Positions 57,987-64,000 of a DNA stretch of 64,000 nucleotides are shown here, piece by piece. Each line of letters begins with the position of its first letter. Position 1 is the first letter of the stretch. The position numbers and the translations under genes are program-made. Below the pieces are notes generated by a model. The model did no database searches, was not told the origin of the DNA, and worked only from the letters and a program-made list of their open reading frames with translations. The stretch comes from a virus (lineage: Duplodnaviria; Caudoviricetes), in the IMG/VR virus record IMGVR_UViG_2706795719_000001, positions 1 through 64,000 of that record; one strand, given 5' to 3'.

Positions 57987-58391
57987 CTACAATACCTTTA
58001 ATAATAACTTAGATTGTGATTTAGAGCAATATTTAGGGATGTCTTTTAAATCAATCCATTTAAATGCATCATTTTCTGGGAATGTTTTGCCATATTTGGT
58101 ATACATACTTGTACATACACATTTTTCTACATCAGGCATATTAGGGCCTTTGTATAAAAATAAATGCATGTTTTTACCATTATAATAAAAATGTTCGTCT
58201 AAATCTTTTAGGTTTTCAGGGTCAGTAACAGTAAAATTAGTTTCTTCCTTAACTTCGCGAAGAGCAGCTTCTAAAGCAGTTTCGCCTTCATCAATATGTC
58301 CTTTTGGAATTCCCCAATAAGGTGTATTAGTTGCGTGACATAAAAGGATTTTGTCATCTTTAATAAAAATAATTCCGGAAGAGATTTCCAT
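57987..58391 (-). CDS. nudE: Nudix hydrolase NudE
   Basis: PKGHIDEGETALEAALREVKEETN Nudix box. Confidence 0.92.
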   Translation of the reverse strand: MEISSGIIFIKDDKILLCHATNTPYWGIPKGHIDEGETALEAALREVKEETNFTVTDPENLKDLDEHFYYNGKNMHLFLYKGPNMPDVEKCVCTSMYTKYGKTFPENDAFKWIDLKDIPKYCSKSQSKLLLKVL

Positions 58392-58698
58392 TTTTAATCC
58401 TTAATATTCGGCATCATAAAGACGATTAATAACTTCTTCAATCATTTTGGATTCCGAAACAGATAATGATTCAGAAGGTTCATAAAAAATTTCTCCTGGA
58501 ACATCAGAACCTTTAAATAATGTATCAAATAATACATTCATACCTTGTTCTGTAAATTCTACATTTTTACAGAAAGTATAGTGGTCGGAAGACACACTAA
58601 TTATATGAAAAGCTATATACATGTCATATCCTCTTAGTATATTATTGAATCAAAATTAATTCATTGATATAATCTAAATATGTTCTATATTTCGTATT

Positions 58699-58974
58699 TC
58701 AATTATGTCCTCTTTTAGATTCTATATAATCTTGTATGTCTTTATCCCTTTTAGCCTTCTGTTTTTTCTTTTTATCAGGGTATTCTTTACACCAAATAAC
58801 AAAATCATAAGCCAATAAAAATAAAACTAAAATAATACAAAAAGAACTACATAATAAAACCACTTGGGCCGTTGATAATTCATCATCACCGTCATCAATA
58901 CACCCTAAAATCAATAAAGACACTATCGTCCAAATAAGCATCCCTATAAATATTGTTTCTAAAAACCCACTCAT
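58699..58974 (-). CDS. membrane protein
   Basis: two transmembrane helices and a basic tail. Confidence 0.55.
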   Translation of the reverse strand: MSGFLETIFIGMLIWTIVSLLILGCIDDGDDELSTAQVVLLCSSFCIILVLFLLAYDFVIWCKEYPDKKKKQKAKRDKDIQDYIESKRGHN

Positions 58975-59020
58975 AATTTATTCCTGCATTGCATAATATA
59001 GACTATATTCACTCCTTAAT

Positions 59021-59041
59021 AAAATGGGCCTTTCGGCCCAC
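59021..59041 (-). terminator. intrinsic terminator
   Basis: UGGGCC-GAAA-GGCCCA followed by UUUU. Confidence 0.78.
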
Positions 59042-59053
59042 AAATCATTTTAA

Positions 59054-59650
59054 TTATTTGTTAAAAGTATCAACATATAATTCGAGTTCTGTCATGTTCA
59101 CTGCCACATTAGAACTTTCTGTAAATGTATCAACTTCAGAAATAATAGTATCAACATCAACTAATACATGGTCTGTTGAAGCCATAACATCTTCAGGCAG
59201 TTTAATGCCTAATGCATCGGTTTCTTTATTCAATTTAATAACTTCTAAATTAGCTTTAATTTCTTCTAATTTATCTGCTAGTTCAACCACCTTTTCGGCA
59301 ATAAGAATAATTGACTTTTTACGATTTTCAACTTCAGCTTCTAAAGCTTCACCTAATTTTTTATATTGTAGTGCTGCAATAAAATATGCTTTAGGAACAG
59401 GTTGATTTTTTGATTTAAGTAAACGAATATGTTCTTCTTTAAGATTACTGTTTTTAAAGTGCTCTTTTGATTTTTCTTTTAAATGAGCAATACTTTGTGT
59501 AGCTGTAATTTCAGCATGGCGAAGCTCATCGATCTTGTTAATAATCGCAGTAGCTGCTTGGGTGTAACGTTCTTCAGCAGAAAGGTTAGATTTAAAGAAA
59601 AAGTTCAGTTTTGTTGAAAAAAAGTTTTTAGCATTTTTTAATAAGCTCAT
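59054..59650 (-). CDS. e.6-like coiled-coil protein (PspA-like)
   Basis: NLS.EERYT.AA..II..I..L, long amphipathic helices; synteny. Confidence 0.6.
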   Translation of the reverse strand: MSLLKNAKNFFSTKLNFFFKSNLSAEERYTQAATAIINKIDELRHAEITATQSIAHLKEKSKEHFKNSNLKEEHIRLLKSKNQPVPKAYFIAALQYKKLGEALEAEVENRKKSIILIAEKVVELADKLEEIKANLEVIKLNKETDALGIKLPEDVMASTDHVLVDVDTIISEVDTFTESSNVAVNMTELELYVDTFNK

Positions 59651-59871
59651 TTTATTTCCTTGCATGTATTGGTTTCAAAATTAACATCAATATTTTTACG
59701 TTCAACACCAAGACTAACTAATTTAGAAATACACTGGCCTTGAATTCTTTGGTCTTCAAGACCTTTAGAAACACTTTTAGTTAATGCACTCCATGAAAAA
59801 CAAACAACTATTAGAACAAGTAATAAGATTAAATATTTCATTATAAACTCCTTTGTTTTGTTGATAGTGCT

Positions 59872-59901
59872 ATAATACACACTATCAACAAATTTGTAAA
59901 T
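59872..59901 (-). promoter_or_regulatory. early promoter
   Basis: ATTTACA-N17-TATTAT; the -10 lies in the loop of a 13-bp inverted repeat 59857-59869/59880-59892. Confidence 0.8.
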
Positions 59902-59903
59902 AC

Positions 59904-60176
59904 TTATTTTACCAGTTTCTTAATCTTTTTCCAACTTTCTTTAAAATCATCAACTTGATCTGTAGGAATCCAATACCCTACACCAACGCCGCCGTTATAA
60001 TCAGAACATTGGTCACAATACCCATCCCATGTATCTTCGTCGGAATAATTAGGAGTTTCTTCAGCCCGAAGTAGATTATCAACTTTTTCTAATAACTCAG
60101 GGTTATTGTCAATTATTGAAAAATACCATACTCCACGACTATTTTGAACATTGATTGAGTTACGTTGTAATTTCAT
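59904..60176 (-). CDS. hypothetical protein (e.8-like)
   Basis: SIN....RG.WYF.I, GYWI..D.V..FK..W. Confidence 0.5.
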   Translation of the reverse strand: MKLQRNSINVQNSRGVWYFSIIDNNPELLEKVDNLLRAEETPNYSDEDTWDGYCDQCSDYNGGVGVGYWIPTDQVDDFKESWKKIKKLVK

Positions 60177-60203
60177 TATATCCTCCTTTGTTTTGATAAG
60201 GCT

Positions 60204-60233
60204 ATAATATTACATGTTATAGATGTTGTAAAC
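60204..60233 (-). promoter_or_regulatory. early promoter
   Basis: GTTTACA-N17-TATTAT. Confidence 0.78.
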
Positions 60234-60699
60234 TGGTTTTTGAAATATTTTTTAGTTTTTCTCTACATTGCTCTATGTAAGTGTTTCGGTCTTTTGTTTT
60301 CTTTTCTTTTAATACATTGCATTTGTATTCAATAAAAGATTTACCTTCTAAACATGATATTAATGATTTGACTTGGGCCTTATTTAAAAATAAAACACAT
60401 TCTTTCTCGGTTTTAATATCAGTATAAGATAACCCATAGGTCCTAAATCGTAATTCCGGAAATTCTTTTTCTAAAAAATTTGTTTTACCAAGAGGCAAAT
60501 TACAACTAAGTGCATGATGAAAAGCACAATAGTCCAATGTCACATCATTAATAGAATTACTTACTAAAAAATCTAGTATGACTTTACCTGTATAACAAGA
60601 GTTTTGACTTGAATTATAATAATGTGTCGGTCTTAAATCTACCCAAAGAATACCTTTATATTCACCTGAATCAAAACAACTAAAAATACTATTATCCAT
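60217..60699 (-). CDS. hypothetical protein, paralog of the adjacent gene
   Basis: MDN..F, W.D.R, LFL...Q and RN.YIE.CR shared with 60692-61147. Confidence 0.6.
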   Translation of the reverse strand: MDNSIFSCFDSGEYKGILWVDLRPTHYYNSSQNSCYTGKVILDFLVSNSINDVTLDYCAFHHALSCNLPLGKTNFLEKEFPELRFRTYGLSYTDIKTEKECVLFLNKAQVKSLISCLEGKSFIEYKCNVLKEKKTKDRNTYIEQCREKLKNISKTSLQHL

Positions 60700-61147
60700 A
60701 ATAAGCCTCTATCTTTTTACGACATGTTTCAATATATTGATTTCGTTCATTAGTTCTTTTAGAATTAATAAAATCTAATTTGGCCTTAGTAAAATCGGTT
60801 TCAGAAATTTCGGTCATTAATTGCGAGGTTTGGTCTCTAGATAAAAATAGTGCATAACAATAATTCCCTTCCATAAAAACCACGGCATTAGTTCTAGAAT
60901 TTATTTCATCTACAGATTTTATTAACTTGTTAAATGGTATATTTAGTTCTATAGCAGCATCAAACTCACATGCATAAAATTTAACAGAATCAGCGACTTC
61001 ATACAAAAACTCTTTTATTTCTTGTATAGAAAATTTTGTCTTATTATAAGTTAATATCCAATTAGTATCAGGGTCCCTTATATCGGCCCAAATTATGTTT
61101 GAACCACTCCCTGCACATTTATACCGATAAAAAACATTATTATCCAT
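60692..61147 (-). CDS. hypothetical protein, paralog of the adjacent gene
   Basis: same shared motifs as 60217-60699. Confidence 0.6.
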   Translation of the reverse strand: MDNNVFYRYKCAGSGSNIIWADIRDPDTNWILTYNKTKFSIQEIKEFLYEVADSVKFYACEFDAAIELNIPFNKLIKSVDEINSRTNAVVFMEGNYCYALFLSRDQTSQLMTEISETDFTKAKLDFINSKRTNERNQYIETCRKKIEAYYG

Positions 61148-61153
61148 ATATCC

Positions 61154-61444
61154 TCACATTTTCTCACAAAAGGCCCATTCTGCATGATATACAGAAGCTC
61201 CTTTAGTATCATTCATACAAACTAAATCAACAGGTGAAACAACACGGTATAATACAGGTTCTCCACCTAATGATCTAACTGCACGACCGGCATAAATTTT
61301 AGCTAAACCAAGGTCTTCAGTAAAGAAGATTCTATCAAGATTTTTCTTACGTCCTTTTTCAGAAATGGTTTCTGTTGTTTCTGGTGGAAGCAACATATGT
61401 TTAATACCGCACACAGAAGAAGAACCATGATAGAACGTTTTCAT
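61154..61444 (-). CDS. small Arr-like ADP-ribosyltransferase
   Basis: FYHGS..., IFFTEDL.LA..YA and P.LYRV pattern of H-Y-type ART. Confidence 0.6.
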   Translation of the reverse strand: MKTFYHGSSSVCGIKHMLLPPETTETISEKGRKKNLDRIFFTEDLGLAKIYAGRAVRSLGGEPVLYRVVSPVDLVCMNDTKGASVYHAEWAFCEKM

Positions 61445-61721
61445 TATTAAGCCTTTAAAGTGGTTATTTTTAATAATTTAGTTTTTAAATCAGAAACAAT
61501 TTTACGTTGTTCCAACACGGCATATTTAACCCCTTTTGGGTATTTGCCATCATATGTAGAAGTCTCATTATCGCATGAAAGAATAACTAAGCTATTCAAT
61601 AAGGCCTCTTCTAAATCTAAAGTTCTTTTAATTTCATTTACTTCTAAAGCAAATCCGCGTTTAGCTTTGTATTTAGCGTATTTAGATCTCATTATAATCT
61701 CCATTATTAAATCATGGGTCT

Positions 61722-61751
61722 ATTATACTATCTATGGATTGAGATGTAAAC
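61722..61751 (-). promoter_or_regulatory. early promoter
   Basis: GTTTACA-N17-TATAAT. Confidence 0.82.
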
Positions 61752-61761
61752 AGATAAAACC

Positions 61762-61789
61762 AAAAAAAAGGAGCACTAGGCTCCTTTTT
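61762..61789 (-). terminator. intrinsic terminator
   Basis: AAAAAGGAGC-CUAGU-GCUCCUUUUU followed by further Us. Confidence 0.82.
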
Positions 61790-61790
61790 A

Positions 61791-62204
61791 TTAAATGCAT
61801 CCACCACAAGATGAATGCTTCCAGTCTTTATCATTAATATATGGATAAAGATTTTCTAAAACTTGTTCTAGGTCTTTAAACCCATGTCGTTCTAACGAAG
61901 ATCTTAAACCATTGGTATCATTCTTAATTACATATTTGACCCATCGGTCTTTATCCATACCTTGGACTTCATATTCCCAAACGTCATCCCAATTTTCAAA
62001 ATGCCAACTGCCATATTCTTTTCTGGTATCAAAGTTTCCAGATTCTAATCCTGTTAATTTGATACCATCAATAATAATTGCCCATTCACCAAAACATAAT
62101 GATGGATAACTTCCAGACCAATCTACAGAAATTTCCATAATATTCCTTATAAACAAAATACAACAGCAGCTAAAAATATAAAGACAAATAACGGGATATA
62201 CCAA
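61791..62204 (-). CDS. hypothetical phage protein (likely start MEISVDW)
   Basis: W.GSYP.LC.G.W ... CGGCI terminus. Confidence 0.55.
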   Translation of the reverse strand: MVYPVICLYIFSCCCILFIRNIMEISVDWSGSYPSLCFGEWAIIIDGIKLTGLESGNFDTRKEYGSWHFENWDDVWEYEVQGMDKDRWVKYVIKNDTNGLRSSLERHGFKDLEQVLENLYPYINDKDWKHSSCGGCI

Positions 62205-62248
62205 ATTGTCTTAATCACATCACTAGGTTTTTCTGTATCAAACATATG

Positions 62249-62653
62249 TTACCACCCATAAGAAAGACCGGCACCGACAGAAGAATTAGATTCATTATCA
62301 AATGAAGCATTAACTTTAAAAATAATATTTGTATCTGATGGCTTACCACCTACAGATACACCTAAAGCACTTCCAGATTTATATCCGCCAACGCCAACGC
62401 CAATACTGAATGATTTAGTATAATCAATAGGGATACTAGTTACTGCCATGGTCCCAGCAATAGCAGAATATAATTTATCATAAACCGGGGATGAACTACT
62501 AATATATCTGTTCATTGTCTCAGTTACGGTTCCATCATGGTATGTGTGACTACCATTACTAATCCATTTATCATCATTATAATCAGCAAAATTTGACCAT
62601 GCTGCAAAAGACAATAAAGATGATAATAAAATCATGCATTTAATATATTTCAT
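62249..62653 (-). CDS. YadA-like trimeric autotransporter anchor protein
   Basis: signal peptide; SAIAGTMA..SIP linker, GVGVGGYKSGSALGV and terminal VGAGLSYGW beta-signal. Confidence 0.85.
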   Translation of the reverse strand: MKYIKCMILLSSLLSFAAWSNFADYNDDKWISNGSHTYHDGTVTETMNRYISSSSPVYDKLYSAIAGTMAVTSIPIDYTKSFSIGVGVGGYKSGSALGVSVGGKPSDTNIIFKVNASFDNESNSSVGAGLSYGW

Positions 62654-62661
62654 AAATCACC

Positions 62662-63012
62662 TTAGTAATAAAGAGTTTGGCCTACAAAAATTTTATTTTC
62701 GTCTACAATGTTGTTTAAAATTTTAAGATATTCGATAGAAACACCTAAATTTAGTGAAATTTCGCCCAATGTATCTTTATACCGAACTTCATATGCCATT
62801 AAATTGGAATCACGGTTAATCGATGCTGTTAAAAAGTCAATAGAATTAAAAACTTTTAAACTAATAACTTCGTCGTTACCTTCATTATACCCAATACCGC
62901 GTTTAACTATAGAAACTTCAGACCCAAATTCAGTTTCAATTGCGCCAATAATATTCCGTGTATCAACCATAAATCGAGATTGGTTTTCTAAAGAAGTCAA
63001 AATAATTTTCAT
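62662..63012 (-). CDS. LysM-domain protein
   Basis: YEVRYKDTLGEIS...GVSIEYLKILNNI.DENKIFVGQTL. Confidence 0.8.
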   Translation of the reverse strand: MKIILTSLENQSRFMVDTRNIIGAIETEFGSEVSIVKRGIGYNEGNDEVISLKVFNSIDFLTASINRDSNLMAYEVRYKDTLGEISLNLGVSIEYLKILNNIVDENKIFVGQTLYY

Positions 63013-63086
63013 AATAGATCCTTGTTTGTTTAGGTGGAATAATATTAACATATAAAAGTATAAAGCAATAATTAAATATCAAAAAC

Positions 63087-63115
63087 AAAAAAGGTCCAAC
63101 ATTTCTGTGGACCTT
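63087..63115 (-). terminator. terminator after the tRNA cluster
   Basis: AAGGUCCA/UGGACCUU stem followed by UUUU. Confidence 0.72.
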
Positions 63116-63148
63116 AAAAGCAACTTCTTTTATTATTTATTTTAAATA

Positions 63149-63223
63149 TGGCACACCCACGGAGATTCGAACTCCGGTTACCTGCTCGAAAGGCAGGGGT
63201 CCTTACCACTAGACGACGGGTGT
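63149..63223 (-). tRNA. tRNA-Glu(UUC)
   Basis: cloverleaf; CCTGC-CT-TTC-GA-GCAGG anticodon arm, GTTCGAATC T loop, encoded CCA. Confidence 0.93.
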
Positions 63224-63228
63224 ATAAA

Positions 63229-63320
63229 TGGAAGAGAGTATGGGATTCGAACCCATGGAGCACCTTCCAGTACCCAACGGTTTTCAAGACCGTCTCATTA
63301 AACCTCTCTGACAACTCTCC
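63229..63320 (-). tRNA. tRNA-Ser(UGA)
   Basis: ACGGT-CT-TGA-AA-ACCGT, long variable arm, GTTCGAATC, encoded CCA. Confidence 0.92.
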
Positions 63321-63324
63321 AAAA

Positions 63325-63645
63325 TTAAAATATCATGTTATAAATTGAACCTTTACCAAAATCAATTTGCTGGGTTTTAGAATATTCTTTAAATAGTTCA
63401 AAATCACCAATTAATTCGGGTTCCCATTGTCCTTCTAAACCATAACATGAACAATGCGAGCCATGTACTTCCCAAAATTGTCCTAATATATCGGCATAAA
63501 TTACAATAGCGCATCCACAATAATCTTCACAATCATAATAAGCTAAAACAATTTCTTTATCTGCTAAAACATCTGTTGGAATTTGGAATTCATTACAAAT
63601 ATCTTCTTTGGAAGTAAACAAATCCATAAATACATTAGTTTTCAT
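63325..63645 (-). CDS. hypothetical protein within the tRNA cluster
   Basis: 106 aa with GAGG SD, EVHGSHCSCYGLEGQWEPE. Confidence 0.65.
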   Translation of the reverse strand: MKTNVFMDLFTSKEDICNEFQIPTDVLADKEIVLAYYDCEDYCGCAIVIYADILGQFWEVHGSHCSCYGLEGQWEPELIGDFELFKEYSKTQQIDFGKGSIYNMIF

Positions 63646-63664
63646 ATTATCCTCACAATTAATT

Positions 63665-63740
63665 TGGCGGTCTTACCGAGAATCGAACTCGGTGCTGTTC
63701 CGTGACAGGGAACTATGTTAACCAGGTACACCATAAGACC
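63665..63740 (-). tRNA. tRNA-Asp(GUC)
   Basis: GTTCC-CT-GTC-AC-GGAAC, GTTCGATTC, encoded CCA. Confidence 0.93.
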
Positions 63741-63761
63741 TAAAAATGTACCCATCCGGTT

Positions 63762-63937
63762 TTCCAGTTTGGTGAAGGGTTGTCACCTCTAGTTTTAACC
63801 TGCTAGTCAAGTAATAATTGCATATCGTCCAAATTATCAATCCCGTCTAGGTTATATTACACCACTTCCTAGAATACCAGAGATCTTGTTCTGGATTTAA
63901 TCGACGTAGCTTACACCATATACGCCTGACTGTGGAA
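63762..63937 (-). ncRNA. candidate structured ncRNA
   Basis: six consecutive hairpins within a bulged terminal stem, no long ORF, located between two tRNA genes. Confidence 0.55.
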
Positions 63938-63939
63938 TT

Positions 63940-64000
63940 TGGAGCGACCTAGGAGAATTGAACTCCTATCTTCTGGGTGGAAGCCAGAAATAATACCCGC
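63940..64000 (-). tRNA. tRNA-Gly(UCC), 5' end outside the window
   Basis: TCTGG-CT-TCC-AC-CCAGA, GTTCAATTC, encoded CCA. Confidence 0.88.

Noticed and set aside
63114-63314. 66-aa minus-strand ORF
   Set aside because: Overlaps tRNA-Glu and tRNA-Ser, which fully explain the sequence
167-63348. All plus-strand ORFs in the ORF track
   Set aside because: They are antisense shadows of well-supported minus-strand genes or tRNAs, with no recognisable motifs

Overview
An AT-rich segment of a T4-like (Tevenvirinae/Straboviridae-type) lytic phage. It spans the early/middle replication arm from rIIA to the start of the tRNA cluster, and essentially all real genes are on the minus strand. T4 core order is recognisable: rIIA, 60, 39, cef, dexA, dda, srd, 56, 61, 41, 40, uvsX, 43, regA, 62/44/45, rpbA, 46/47, 55, nrdG/nrdD, 49, nrdC, rI, tk, vs, regB, denV, endolysin, nudE, tRNAs. 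Highlights read from the sequence: (1) a cytosine-hypermodification cluster between uvsX and gene 43, in which a U32 Fe-S hydroxylase and a dCMP-type thymidylate-synthase homolog flank an AroQ-type chorismate mutase, suggesting the phage makes its own prephenate as oxygen donor for O2-independent base hydroxylation, followed by sugar transfer; (2) uvsX fractured into two genes joined by a naturally split intein around a GIY-YIG endonuclease; (3) a gene 60 ribosomal-bypass cassette with an in-frame 51-nt gap and non-identical GGG take-off/GGA landing codons; (4) a multi-hairpin candidate ncRNA between tRNA genes with a repeated UGGUGUAA loop; (5) an SF2-helicase-like gene abutting two perfect 46-bp AT-rich repeats (candidate origin). 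Assignments come from motifs, synteny and recalled T4 proteins; no database search was run.
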